Shown: positions 31,041-45,068 of the stretch, in pieces
How positions within the stretch are numbered: position 1 is the stretch's first letter
Layout: every line of letters starts with the position of its first letter
NCBI GenBank assembly: GCA_009914755.4
Contig: CP068257.2
Coordinates: 2,592,001 to 2,656,000 of the forward strand
DNA length: 64,000 nucleotides
Direction of reading: 5' to 3'
Origin: the human T2T-CHM13v2.0 reference genome, Homo sapiens
Translations under genes and position numbers: made by a program
The notes under the pieces: model-generated
Seen by the model: the letters and a program-made list of their open reading frames with translations, nothing else
What the model was told of the DNA's origin: nothing
The model's database searches: none

Positions 31041-33470
31041 ACTCTGAACCAAAACTGCAGAATACACATTATTTTCAAGTGTACATGGAAATTTACTAAG
31101 AAAGTATGTTTTCCAACTATACTATAAATGAATTAGAAATCAGCAACAATAACATACCTATAATATCTCTATGTAGTAGAAATTAAAAACAATACACTTT
31201 TAAATAACTCTAGTGTCCATGAAAAGAAAAATCACAAGGAAAACTGGATGATATTTTGAATGGAATGAAAATGAAAACAAAATGTGTTGACTATAACTAA
31301 AACTAACATGGAATGAAGAGATCCAACTCCCTTCTTAAGAAGCAATAAAACAAGAGCAAAGTAAACTGAAAATAAGTTAAATGGAGGGAAAAAAAGGCTG
31401 AAAATAAATGAAATAAAACATGAAAAAAAGAGAAAATAAGTAATACTGAAACAGGCTTGTCCAACCTAAGGGCTGCATGTGGCCCAGGCCAGCTTTGAAT
31501 ACAGCCCAACACAAATTCATAAACTTTCTTGAAACATTATGAGATTTTTTTGCTTTTTTTTTTTTTTTTGGCTCATCAGCTTATCATTAGTGTATTCTAT
31601 GTGTGGCACAAGACAATTCTCCTTCCATTGTGGCCCAGGGAAGCTAAAAGATTGAATAACTCTGTATTAAAAGATCATTAATGATCTAAAATAAATGATC
31701 TTATAAAGAATTGATAAACCTCCAGCTAGACTAACTGAGCCAGGAAAAAATGGAAAAAAACACAAATTACCAATATGAAGAGACTGCAATACAGATTAGA
31801 TTCTACAGACATTAAAAGGATATTAAAGGAATATTCTGAACAATTTTATGCCAATAAATCCAACAACTTGGATGAAATGAAATTTTCCTAAAAGACACAA
31901 ATTACCAAAACCGACAACAGAAAAATCTGAAAATATCTCTTAAAAAATCTTAATTCTCCCACAAAAACAAAAACCAAACCAAAGAAAACCCTCTAGGTTC
32001 AGATGACTTCACTGGTAAATCCTATCAAACATGTAAAGAAGAATCATACCTATCTTACACAGCTATTTCCAAAAACAGGGAAGGAGACAGCAATTCCCAT
32101 GTAATTTTATGACACCCAATATCACCTTGACACCAAAATCAAATAAAGCCATTACAAGAAAAGGATACAAAAGTCCAATATCTCCCATCAACACCAATAT
32201 AGAAATCTTAAAAAAAAAAAAAAAAAGCACCTAGAAATCAACTCTAGCAATATCCCAAAGGACAACGCACCACAACCAAGTGGGGTTTATCTCAGGGATG
32301 TAAAGTGAGTTTAAAAGTTGAAAATGAAACCAATGTAATTCATTGGCAGAATGAAGAAAGTTGTGTAATCATCTCAACTGATACAGAAAGAGGCACTTGA
32401 CAGCATTAAACATCCTTATGATAAAAACTCCCAAGAAATAAAGTTTAAAAGGAATGTCTTCATTTTGATAAAGGTTTTCTCTGCAGTTCCTACAGACATC
32501 ATACCATATGGTGGACTACTGAAAGCTTTCTGCCTAAGCTTGGAAACAATGCAATTATGCCCATTCTCATGACTTCTGTTCAACACTATGGAAGTCCTGG
32601 ACAGTATAATAAACCAATAAAAAGCAAGACAAGACATAAGGATTAGAAAGAAAGAAGTAAAATGATAGTCACAGGAAACATAACTGCAAATTTCTTAGTG
32701 TTCTATATAAACAAACCACTAGAAGTAATAAGTGAAACAGACGTTATCAGACTATAAAGTCACTATACAAAAATCAATTGTATATCTACATACTGACAGC
32801 AAACAACTGGAAAATCAAATTCAAAAGTTCTACTGACAGTAGTGTCAAATTATAAAATACTTAAGAATAAATTTTTAAACAGGCATGCAATACTGCTACA
32901 TTGAAAATTATGAAATATTGAGGCCCAATATTAAGATGTTGATTCTCGCCCCAAATGATCTGGACTCAATACAATTCTCCGAGAAAATCCAACAGGCTTC
33001 ACTGTAGAAATTAATAAACTAATAGTTAGTAAGTACAAAGTTGGAGCACATACTACCTGATCTCAAGACTTCATGAAATTATAGAAATCAAGAGAAATAT
33101 ACCAACAGAAAAACAGACAATCGATAGAACAGAGTCCAGAAATAGACCAATACATAGAAAGTTAATTGATTTTTTATGAAGATATGAAACTGGATTAATG
33201 CAAAAAGGAAACACCAGTGGTGCTAGCACAAATGGCTATCAAGATGTTAAAAAAAAAAGTAAATCTTGAAACCAAACTCACACCATGCCAAAAATTAATT
33301 TGAGATTAATGACAGATTTAATGTAAAAACTAAAACTATGATGTCTCTGAAAGACAATGTAGAATATTTTCCTGACTTTGGGGTAAGCAAAGATCTCTTA
33401 GATCAAAGAGATAAGGCAGTAACCATAAAATTAAAAAATAAACTAAGCTTTATAAAAATTAAAAGCTTCT

Positions 33471-33715
<245 letters not shown>

Positions 33716-34618
33716 TTAAGAAACTGAAAAGGTAAAACTCAGACTGGGAGAAAAGACTGATAACACCATTAACTCTTGGCAAGGATGTAACTGGAGAACT
33801 AATTAATTCTTGGTGGGAGGGTAAAATAGCACAACCACTTTAGAAAATTTTTGGCAGTTTCTTACATAGTTAAACATTCACCTATCCTTTGACACAGCAA
33901 TTCCACATCTATATATCTACCCTAGATATTTACCCTAATTTTAGAATTGTTGAATTGCCATTTCAAAAGCAATGATCCTTCCAGAACATTAGCTTTCTAC
34001 CATTCCATATTTTATATATTTTTTAAGCTACCATAATTTATGAAGATTCAAAATGCAACTTGCCAAGTTTTAAAAGAGAAAAAAAAAGTATGGAAACAGC
34101 TAAACAGAAAACAGGCTGGTTAAGTGTGTTTGGGCCAGTTTATTTCTAGTATCATTTACAGGCTACCCTGATACTGTATTTAAAATTTTCATTCATTTCA
34201 GAGTTCACAAAATAATGATTTTTCCTGTGAAGATACTTCGTTTAAGAGACAACTGACTTCTACAACTAAAAGTTATACATGTTCAAAGAAAATAACTTGT
34301 AAAATATAGTTCGTTGAATAACATTTACATTAAGCCTTTATAATTATGTATCAGAATTTCCGGCTATTAAGCAGTCTAATGTTGCCTACTAAGTCAGAGA
34401 GTTGTAATTCTCTCCTGTGCTCTGTTCTGATAATGAAGTAAAGGGATCAGTAGCATCTACTGTGCTAAAGAATAAATGGAATTTACAACTGTAGGTAATA
34501 TTTAAGCACTTTAAGACTAATATGAGTACATCATAAATTTCTAACTAGGAAAATATTTTCAATGAGATCTCAACAAATGTTAACTTTTTTCAGAATAAAG
34601 CACTGAAAACTGACTCAC

Positions 34619-34688
34619 CAACATATCAAACTGGGTTTCTTCATCTTCTTCTCTTTTTCTCTTCTTCTCTTTGCTCTTTTTCTTCTTA
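34619..34688 (-). pseudogene. FRG1: FRG1-family exon 2: (S)KKKKSKEKKRKREEDEETQFDML, 70 nt = 1-bp deletion/frameshift
   Basis: Acceptor cctgtAG at 34689-34690, donor GTGAGT at 34617-34618. Phase continuity from exon 1 (ends with 2 nt) to exon 3 (starts with 2 nt) needs 71 nt; only 70 lie between these splice sites (..gatatgttg|gtgagt versus recalled gatattgttg|gt). Confidence 0.85.
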
Positions 34689-35049
34689 CTACAGGACATA
34701 ATTTATACAGATGAGTTTAGATATATTGACTTGTGTGATAAATAAATATTGTAAGATTGAAACTTGGAAGTCTTTTAAGCTGTTACATTTATAAATTATT
34801 GATTTAGGAAGACTTACATTGCTATGCCCTCTTAAATACAGTACTGAGAAGTTGCTTCAGGCTTTGTACATATTATGTTAAAGTTCAAAGCAGATTGTAG
34901 AGCCACACTGCCAGATTTTATATCCCGATTCTGTCACTTCTTAGCTCTGTGATTTTTGGAAAAGGTACTGAATCTCTCTGTGAGTCAGTTTCCCACTTAA
35001 AAAATTAGGATAGCAACTTAATTCTTAAGGCTATTGTGAGGATTAAGAG

Positions 35050-35695
35050 GTAATATGTATCTTCACACATTGCTGGTAGAAATGTAAAATGGTGCAGCAT
35101 CTACAGGAAACAGTTTAGGGTTCCTCAAAAAGTTAAAGAGTTACCATATGACCCAGCAATTTTACTCCTAAGTATGTATTCCCAAGGGAAATGAAAACAT
35201 ACACCCACAAAAATACTTACATAAGAATATTCACACTAGCATTAGTCACAATAGTCAAAAAGGGGAAACAACCTAAATGTTCATCAACTGATGAATGGAT
35301 GAACAAAATGTTACATCCATACAATGGAATACTACGCAGTCATAAAAAGGAACAAGTGCTACAACAATGATGGACCTCAAGAATGTTATAAGTGAAAGAA
35401 GCCAGATACAAAAGGCCACATGTTGCATGATTTCTTAGGAAATATTCAGAATAGGCAATTTCACATAGATAGCAGACTAGTGGTTGCCAAGGACTAGGAG
35501 AGGGGGAGGATGGGATGTGACTGCTTTAATGGGTAGGAAGAGATTCTTCTGAGATGATGAAAATGCTGAGCAACTAGACAGTGGTGAACCTCTTGAATAT
35601 ATACTAAAAACCACTGACTGTACAGAATGGTGAATTTTATAATTATGAATTACATCGCAATAAAAAAATAAAAACCCAAGAGCGATTTGAAAAAA
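35050..35695 (+). mobile_element. Ancient L1 (L1M-type) 3' end (ORF2 C-terminus + 3'UTR) in FRG1-family intron 1
   Basis: Translation ..QPKCSSTDEWMNKMLHPYNGILRSHKKEQVLQQ.. and a 3'UTR-like tail ending aataaaaaaataaaaa. Confidence 0.7.
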
Positions 35696-36469
35696 GTTAA
35701 TGTGCAAAGTGCCTACAACAATTTCTTGGCGTATTGAAAGTGCTATATGAGCATTAATTATGATTATTACGATAATCTTAAGACACTCTTGTATGCATTT
35801 TCATCATAAAGTTTTCAGAAGATAACTCACCACTCCTCACAGGAAATTCACAGAGTAAAAATCTCACATTCATTCAGGATATACCTGCCGTTTATTCTGG
35901 CATCTTCATGAGGCCAGACTCCTCGAGAGGGTTCTCAAGGGCAGTGGCTTCAGCTCACTCCTTGATACTTTCTTTCCATCTCGCCTAACAATATCAAAAC
36001 CTTTGTTTATCACGGAGACCAGGAGGAAATGCTCAATATTTGCATGTACAGTCAACCTCAGGCAAATATGCCAGTTAAAAAAGAAACGGGGATATGAATG
36101 CACAGGTATTTTTCTCCTAAAGAGCTAATAAATTACCACTACGACCTCCTCACATTTGGCTCAATTTATTTACTGCATATATGTTCTCTCATTTAATCCT
36201 CACAGTCTTCTAAAGGTATAAAAAATGGTCTGAAAGTATAAATGTATAAACGGAGGTTCAAAGATATTTGATCTCTTAATGAGTAAATGGAAGTTCAGAC
36301 ATATTAACCAATTTCCTGGTTTCACTCTACATATTAGCTTAGAAAAAATTAATCAATAATTTTTCCAGGAAGAGACAATGGAGAAAAGAATAATCCCTAA
36401 TAAAGGAAGTTATTATCATGAACTACAAGATTAGACTAACGGAGACCCACCAGGCAGAGGCCTGCAGAG

Positions 36470-37420
36470 ATGCCTCAGAGGACTGAAACTCGTGGGTACG
36501 GGGCCACGGGTCACCCGCCCGTCTATCCTGTTTCCAGGGTCGTCAGTGCGGGAGGCTGCCCCTCTCTGCACAGGCGCCAGGAACTGCGGTCCGGCCTCCG
36601 TCCAGCCCGGACAGGGGCCAGGGCGAAGCCTGGGAGGCCACAAAGCCGGCTCTCCGCGCCACGGCTTCCACCGGATTCGAGGGGGGTGGAGTGCGTCCGA
36701 AAAGAACTGAGGAGGCTCCCGCCGGAGGTGCAGGACCCACCTCTTCGTCTTGGTTCCCTTGAGCACAAGCTTGGTAGACTTCGCATAAGAGTACTCGGCC
36801 ATGGCTCCGGGACACTTCTGCGCGGAGAGGCTGAAGCCGGCTCAGGACGAGTATGTGACCCGGAGCAGCACCAGGGCGGGGAGGAACAGAAGTGGAGGCA
36901 AAGTAAACACTCCCTGACAGCGTACGTCTGTCCAGAACCCGCCTCCGTCTTCACCCAAACGCTGAATGGCTGAGATTTCCACTTCCGGTTTTCTGCCCCG
37001 GGGGGGTGGGAGCTATGGCAGCCACAGAGGGCCGAAAGGTGTCCACACACAGCTGTTCCCTGGCGTCCTCTTGAGGAGCACTTGAGGATTCGTGCCTCCC
37101 AGAGGTGGGGAAAGCCCGCCCGAGGCGCCGGTGCTGACGGTGGCGGGGCTGCCGGGCGCGCTGTGGAACCGCCTCCCGCTAGAGCTGCGGGCTGGCGACG
37201 GTCTCCGCGGGGGCGGGAAGCGGCTCAGGCTTCCCTCGTCGGCCTGCGGCGGCGCGTCTGGAAGCGCGGGCCACTCGTGCGCGGGTCACTCGGGGCTGTG
37301 CCTCGCGCGACTGTGTGTGCAGGAAACAAGCAGGGAATACCCTGAAATAGAATGAAGCGCCATGTTGAGGGCCGCAGACGTCGCGAGTGCTGTGGGAATG
37401 TGGGCTGAGGTGGAGAGTTA
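36470..37420. promoter_or_regulatory. CpG island spanning FRG1-family exon 1 and its upstream flank (TATA-less promoter, possibly bidirectional)
   Basis: Dense CpG with no CpG depletion (e.g. cgtgggtacggggccacgggtcacccgcccgtc; gcgcgctgtggaaccgcctcccgc). GC boxes and an ETS motif. Both strands are stop-poor here, which produces the spurious ORFs 36470-37544. Confidence 0.8.
36741..36802 (-). pseudogene. FRG1: FRG1-family exon 1 coding part: MAEYSYAKSTKLVLKGTKTK + AG, in CpG island
   Basis: ATG at 36800-36802 in Kozak context ggagccATGG. It is the first ATG for more than 150 nt on this strand. Donor AAGAG|GTGGGT at 36739-36740. An ETS-like CCGGAAGT lies at 36981-36988 on the minus strand. Recalled FRG1 has V at residue 7 (gtg versus gcg here). 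Confidence 0.85.
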
Positions 37421-37772
37421 CAGGCGCGTGTTACAGGCTCAGGGCTCAGGAAGAAGCCTAATCGTGGAGGCGGCATCTGAGGAGGGTCTTGAAGGCTGGG
37501 CAGGCTTTTGCCCGATAGAGATGGAGGAAGCTAGCCCTGTCTGATGGAGGAAACAGGGCAGAGGCGTGGAGGGAGCCGTGCAGCGCTGGTGTGAGGAGCC
37601 GCGAGCAGGCCAGGCCTGTAAAGCAGAGTGATGGGAACCAGGATAGAGAAGGCAAGTCGGGGTCCTGTGGTCGCTGAAGAATTTGAATGAAATCAGTAAA
37701 CAGGTGAGAGGGATCCATCGCAAGAGCATGGGATGCAACGAGGAGTAGTCCACGGTGATTCCTCTGCAGCGG

Positions 37773-37846
37773 TGGGTATTATTAATCGCGTATGTGACAC
37801 CAAAACGATGGGTATTATTGATAGCATATGTGACACCAAAACCACC
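37773..37846. repeat. 2 x 37-bp tandem duplication
   Basis: gggtattattaatcgcgtatgtgacaccaaaac / gggtattattgatagcatatgtgacaccaaaac. Confidence 0.6.
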
Positions 37847-40059
37847 CCACTCAAGCTGTGGCTCTTTCCCTAAAGTAGAAAACAGACCAGTTGGGTTCCA
37901 AGCATCCACGAAGATCTTATTAAATTTGTGATCCCTGGTGGCACCATGGAGTCAGGATTGGCTCACCTCAAACCTGACTCAGAAACAAAACCATGTCAAT
38001 GTGCAGAGATGAACGTCCTTACCCGTTATCATATTTTCTGGTGTTTTCACAGTGCTGCACTTCCTAATCCCCATTCCACCGCAGTCCACATGCCATGATG
38101 CCCAGAGGCATTAACAAAGGAGACACACAGGGGCTTCTCACGTTGGGTTTTCATTGTTTTGATGAAAATCTCAGTTTCCTCATCTCATACAATGTGGTTA
38201 GTAATAGTATCATTTAGGGTTGAAGAATTAAATGGTACGAATTATATAGGGTGCTTATTATAACCTACATGGAAAATGCCTGGGATATGTTAGCTATGCT
38301 CATCACCAACATCGTTATATGATGGTAATAATCAGATAGTCAGGAAGGCCGACACAAAGAAAATGGATACATGCTCTGAGGGAATGAATGTGGAGAGATC
38401 AGAAGGTCAAGAACAAAGCCCTACAACATGTCTGCAGTAAAGGGATAGAGAAAAGAAAGGCTATAAAAGAAGGAATGAAACAGAGTTAGAGTAAAATTAT
38501 AAAATCAAAGCTAAGGAGAATTTCCAGAAAGGGTAATATCATTTAATATCATAGAAGTTTAGGAGCACAAGATGGGAAAAAGGCCTTTGGGTAACTGACA
38601 CTGAGGCAGTCTTTAGGGAAGCTCCATTTCCGATAGAGGAGTAGACAGAAAGTCAGCTTGAAGCAGGGACTAGGTGAAGAAGCTGTTGGCTGGTCGCATG
38701 GGGAAATAAATAAGGGATGGCATATGCCATTTTTCTGGATTTCTTTCTTTCTTGCCCAGCCTCTATATATGCACAGAGTTTTGCGAAAACTTACAAAAAA
38801 TAAAAATGAAACCAATTTCGTTTGCAGACTCAAATACAATGCTTTGTGTTAGAATCAAGATAAATTCATGCCTCTCCCTTCTATTGTCACCGTCAGTTTT
38901 GAAATTAAACATCAGCTTTTCTTCTTCATGAAAATCATTTTCAACTCCTTCCAGGTGTTGGTGGTTTGGGGGAGTTACATAAGCAGTCAGGTCTTGATGA
39001 GTAGAGGAGGGAACAAACACTTTCAGCAAAGGCAGAATTCTGAAATTCTGCTCGTATTTTTCTTCAGTAACTTTCCTATGTTTGTGAGGTTATTCAGTCA
39101 TAAAGATCCTAGTGAAATTTTTTTCAAGCTTTACTAGTCGTAATCACTGTGGACGTTTGTTTAAAATGTGTATTCCCAGGCCTCTCACCTGCTGATTCTG
39201 ATTCCGGAGATCACGGATGGGACTCAGAATACATATGTTTGACAAGCATCACAAGTGGTTCTTATGGTCAGACAAATTTTGGAATCTAACCAGGAATTTA
39301 TGTTTTTATGACTGGCAGCTAGAAAAGATTCCTAGAGTCTTTGCTTTTTGAAAATAAAATATTTCTGTTTTAAAAGGAAATTGTATGACTAGATACAACA
39401 TTTATACATGTGGCACATGTATTATACTGTGTGTTTTTGTCATATTTGCAGTCAAAGATGTGTAAGAACACTCTGAGAAAAATTATATATTAAATGCAAA
39501 GAGGGGTAAGTTAGGGTGGGGGAGTAATGGGAAGGGTGTGCTTATTGTTGCTAAAAGGTAGAAAAGCCAGAATTATAGCATCTAAGGTTGCAAATAGCAC
39601 ATTGTAAGTTGAGGGAGCTTCATAATCATGTCTGAAAACTTCTTTGATATACTGAGTTGTAAACAGTGGCTTTGGACAATATTTGACGGAGAAACCAACT
39701 ATGCTTTAAACCGTTCATTTAAAAGGCTTTAATTAAAGGAAAGTCTTTGTATTTACCTGAGCTAATTTAACTTCAGGATTTTAACAAATTACTAGCCCTT
39801 AACCTCTTAAAAATTGTCTTTCATTTCAAATGAAAGTTTAAGGTGGCCTTTATGTTCGATTGGTATACTTGTGTGAACACTTAACGGCAAGGTACTGTAC
39901 ATTTCTAAATGTTTACTTCTTAATTTTGCTGGAAGAAATATACTACTCAATTGATTATTTTTAAAGAAAGTAAAACAATTTATTTTGACAAGCGACACTG
40001 TATTTTCCCAGTTTTCTGGTGGTAAAGATTAGGCTTAACATCACTAATCATCAGAGAAA

Positions 40060-41690
40060 TGCAAATCAAAACCAAAATGAGATACCATCCTATACCAGTC
40101 AGAATAGCTACTATTAAAAAAATCGAAAAACAACAGATCTTGGGAGGCTGTGGAGAAAAGGGAACATTTACACATAATTGGTGTGAATGTAAATTAGTTC
40201 AGCCACTGTTGAAAGCAGTTTGGAAATTTCTCAGAGAATTTAAAATAGAATTACCTTTCAAGCCAACAATTCCATTACTGGTATATGACCCAAAGAAAAT
40301 CAGTTATTCTACCAAAAAGACATATGCACTTGCATGTTCATCGCAGCACTATTCACAATAGCAAAGACATGGAGTCAGCCTAGGTGCCCATCAACAATGG
40401 ATTGGATCAATAAAATGTGGTACATCCACACAGTATTATTAGGCCATTCTTACATTGCTATGAAGAAATACCTGAGACTGGGTAAATTATAAGGAAAAGA
40501 GATTTAATTGGCTCATAGCTCTGCAGTCTGTACAGGAAGCATGGTGACGGCATCTGCATGGCGTCTGTGGAGTCTCCAGGGAGCTTTTACTCATGATGGA
40601 AGGTGAAGAGAGAGTAGGCACATCACATGGCCAGAGCAGGAGCAAGAGAGAATGGGAGTGGGGTTAAGTACCACACACCCTTAAACAACCAGATCTTGAA
40701 AGAATTCACTATCACAAGGACAGCATCAGGGCATTAGAGATCCACCCCCGTGACCCAAACACCTCCTACCAGGCGCCACCTCCAACACTGAGGATTACAT
40801 TTCACCATGAGATTTATAGGGGCCACCTTCCAAACCATTTCACACACCATGGAATACTATGCAGCCATAAAAATAACAAACTTATGTCCTTTGAAGCAAC
40901 ATGGATGCAGCTGAAGGCCATTATCCTAAGTAAATTAATGCAGGAATACAAAACGAAATACCACATTATCTCACTTATAAGTGGGAGCTAAACACTGGGT
41001 ATTCATGGACATAAAGATGGAAAGAATAAACACCGGGACTACTAGAGGGGAGAAGGAGGAAGGCAAGGTTTGACAAACTAACTATTGGGTACTATGCTCA
41101 TGTATTAATCTGTTCTCACACTGCTATATAGAACTACCCAAGACTGGGTAATTTATAAAGAAAAGAGGTTTAACTGACTCACAGTTCCACAGGCTGTACA
41201 GGAAGCATGGCTGGGAGGCTTCAGGAAACTTACAATCATGGCAGAAGGTGAAGGGGGAAGCAAGGCACATTCTACCATGGTGACAGGAGAGCAAGTGAGC
41301 CAGGGGGGATGTGCCATATGTTTAAACCATCAGATCTCATGAGAACTCACTTACCATCTAAGAAGAGCAAGGGGGAAATCTGCCCTCTTGAGCTAATCAC
41401 CTCCCACCAGGTCATTCCCCCTACATTGGGAATTACAATTCAACATGAGATTTGGGTGGGGACACAGAGTCAAACCATACCAAATCAGCATCTGGATGAT
41501 TGGGATCATTCATACCCCAAAACTCAGCATTATGAGATATACCCATGTAACAAACTGGCACATGTACCCCTGAATGTAAAATACAAGTTAAAATTATTTT
41601 CAAAATAATTAATGAATAAATAAATATGATTAAATGAAATTAAAATTTTGAATTAAAAAAATTTTAGAGTGATAGTGATTTCAGCTTGCA
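40060..41690 (+). mobile_element. L1 (older L1P/L1M type) 3' terminal region: ORF2 C-terminus split by an embedded L1 3'UTR-type segment, then its own 3'UTR and A-rich tail
   Basis: ORF 40059-40361 reads as the L1 ORF2 C-terminus. 40440-40850 is a 3'UTR-type block (ttaggccattcttacattgctatgaagaaatacctgagactgggtaaattataagg..). The ORF2 C-terminus resumes at about 40850 (MEYYAAIK..). A second 3'UTR lies at 41100-41610. Confidence 0.75.
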
Positions 41691-43216
41691 GTTATGTAAG
41701 TTATGTAAATGGAAACAGTGAGTTATGTAGGGTTCGGATCAATTGCACTCTCTGTACTAAGCTGATGTCCAGTTGTTTGGATGAAAAGAAAAGAGGAGAA
41801 ACATATAGATCTAACAGGAAAAAAATGGACAAGTTTTTATGATAAAAAAAGAAGAATGGAGGAAATAGGACTGAGGTTATAGGGATTGATAGATATTAAT
41901 AGATGACTAAGTCAAAAGCCACTGGTTGCAGAAAATATTGATTAATTTTGTTTTATTCCAGTCAGACAACAAAATTCTATAACTGCCTCTAGAGAAAACC
42001 CTTTTAGCCCTGTAATTATCTTTATTCCAAGCACCATTCCATTCATTAAGTAGTGTATAGAGTGATTAATAAGTGAATTATTCACAGAATTAAGACAGAA
42101 TTTTTGAGTATTTCAGGATATTAATATTATAGTCAATGAACTAAAATAAAATTTGACTAGAGGTGTGATCACCATGAATGCCATGTTGGTATCTTGTTAG
42201 ATTTGGCAAACTAAAGTTGACAAATTTATTAATAAAATAAACATTCCTTGATGATTAATTTACATTTAGTACACATGCTCTTTCTTCTTCCTTCCCTTTC
42301 TTATTCATTCATTCCTACAGAGCAGTGACTTTCATTCTAAGATTCCCAGAATCCTAAGGAATTCTTGAATGTCATCATAGGGAGCCAGGTGTGAGGATTC
42401 CCAAAAGTTGTATTTAATACTTGAAAAATCTCGAGAAGTTATATATTTATGCCAGAAAAACTATACAGGTTTTAAGTTATATATATATAGTTGAATACTT
42501 TTTATTTCTATCCAGAACGAAGTCATTAGAGTTAATAATGTTGATTATTTCATACTGACCTAATGGGTAGCCTTTATATATCATTGATTACTTATTAGTA
42601 TAATAAGAACCCCCCCAAAATTACAAAATAAATATATTTTGTGGGTTTTTGTTAAGGCTTTTGAAACATAAAATCAGAGGAGAGGATTAAAAGTAATCCT
42701 TGATTGTTAAAAAGGCAGGGAACTACTAACTTAGAAAATTGTATGAAAACAGCAAGATATATACATGACTCTCAGACCAGCTGCCTGTTTTAATAAAGTT
42801 TTATTGGAGCACATCCATGGATCTATGGTGCTTTCCTGATACAATGGTACAGTTGAATGGTTGCTATAGAGACCGTATGGTTTGCAAAGCCTAAAATATT
42901 TATCATCTGGTCCTTTATAGCAAAAGTGAACCCAGTTTTAGATCATTCACTTTATGAATTAAGATACAGTGGATGCTGCCTTAACTGACCTCCACTTAAC
43001 TGATTTGCAATCAGCACTTTCTGGTACCCCTGTACAACTTACTGACTGATGTCCACTGCAAACTGAAAGCCTTTGAGCTGCTTTTAATGCCTGTACATTT
43101 CTCCTTCCATCACAGAAATTGTATAGTTTCTAAGAGGAAGCTGTGTTCATTCCTAAATATGTTTACACCATTTGTTCTTGTTCTTGTAGTTATGCGATTT
43201 AATTAAATATTATGTT

Positions 43217-43496
<280 letters not shown>

Positions 43497-45068
43497 TTAT
43501 GTAAACTGAGAAAATGAGTATAACAAGATTAGTATTGTTGTTTCTTTGAGAAATAAACTAAATGTGTTGGAAAAATGAGAAACTCAAACAGTTGCTGTCA
43601 CCTTAACTGTTGGCAAGACAACTAGAAACAAATGGGAAAAATTGTGTAATCTAGGATTTCAGATTGCTTTACCCCAGTTGTCTTCACAGAAAGTAAACAA
43701 GAAATCCATGACAACATATCATTGGCATAGTTTCCACAAGAAACTTCACTCTGAATCCGTGCAAGGCTTTGACCTTGTCATCAAAATTCTGGCAAATTTA
43801 TTTGCACAAGTCTTTTAAATTAAAGTTAAGTTTTAAGGACTTACATCGAATACTTCTTATGATTCCTCCATCTAACTTAAATTTGTGATTAATCTGTTTA
43901 TTACTGGTCCCAATCTGATTGAATAAGGGGATTTCTACGGTTTTTGCTAACCAAAAGTTTACTTTGATGAAGATGGAATTATAAATACAATAATTCAAGT
44001 TTAAAGAATTAGAATGGTAAAGGTTAATACAATTTAGAAGCCTAAAAATCACTTGAAAACCTTACTAACAATGTAAATTCTTGTGCCTTAGGCCTGAGAT
44101 TTTGATTCAATAGGTCTATCATGGGACATAGGAATCTGTATTTTTAGGAATGATAAAGGAAAATTGCTTAAAATTGGGTAAATTATGACTTGCAAATATA
44201 AAATGAACACTTGTCTAAGATTTTTGTTTAACTCATTTATTTAATGAGGGAGCCAGTAAGATGTTATACTGAGTTTTATGGAAAATTAAGTGCCACACAT
44301 ATCTAGGCACTAAGGAACACTGAAATAAATTTGCTTGATAGGTTCAAAACTGACTTCTTGATGGAAGGTGGAAAAAGGGAAATTAATTATACTTCCACCA
44401 AAATCAATCATTTGCCTGTCTATAGATAAGAATATTTGCATTACTATCAGTAATCTACAACTAACAGAATTGCAAATAACAAAGAAAACAAAAGGCACAG
44501 AGACCCCATAGAAACAGATAACCCAGGTTATTCTAGACAAGGCTGAGATTTCCATTAAAGACACTCAGTGGTAATTTCATTGGTCCATCTTAAAATCTTT
44601 CCGTTTTCTCCTGAAACAAATTGCTCAAGCAATTAAAATACATTGAATGTGGTCAGTGGGTCACACCTGGAGAAATCATTTTCTAACCTATAATCAAGAC
44701 TGTTGAATTACTCCCTTCACTGGAAAGAATAAGATATTACCACATAAATTCATATTATGATAATGGCCCACTATGAATGCTTTGGTGTTCTTAATTTTCT
44801 TAAGATTTATTAATATTTCTGAAGTAACTATTAAATGCCAAGCAATGTATTTTCTAATTTAATATTTCATTGACTTTTACTTTCACTTCAGTTGAGCTAC
44901 TCACTTTCATGGCTATAAACTTAACTTTTCAATAACTTAAAAATTGATTTCTATTGTTATAAACTTTAATGTTCCACTCTGTGACCTGCTCTTTCAGACT
45001 CTCTCTTCCTTACTGCCGATTTACCTTCTCTTCTATCTCTTCCAGTGCCCCAGTATCTTGACTCTTCC

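Noticed and set aside
36470-37544. Long GC-rich ORFs on both strands (e.g. 36470-36973 +167 aa, 36523-37050 -175 aa, 37082-37355 +87 aa, 37439-37909 -156 aa)
   Set aside because: A stop-poor CpG island produces open frames by composition alone. Only the 62-nt segment starting at ATG 36802 (minus) is coding (FRG1-family exon 1), and it is followed by a consensus donor. ORF 36431-36802(-) is exon 1 reading through into intron 1.
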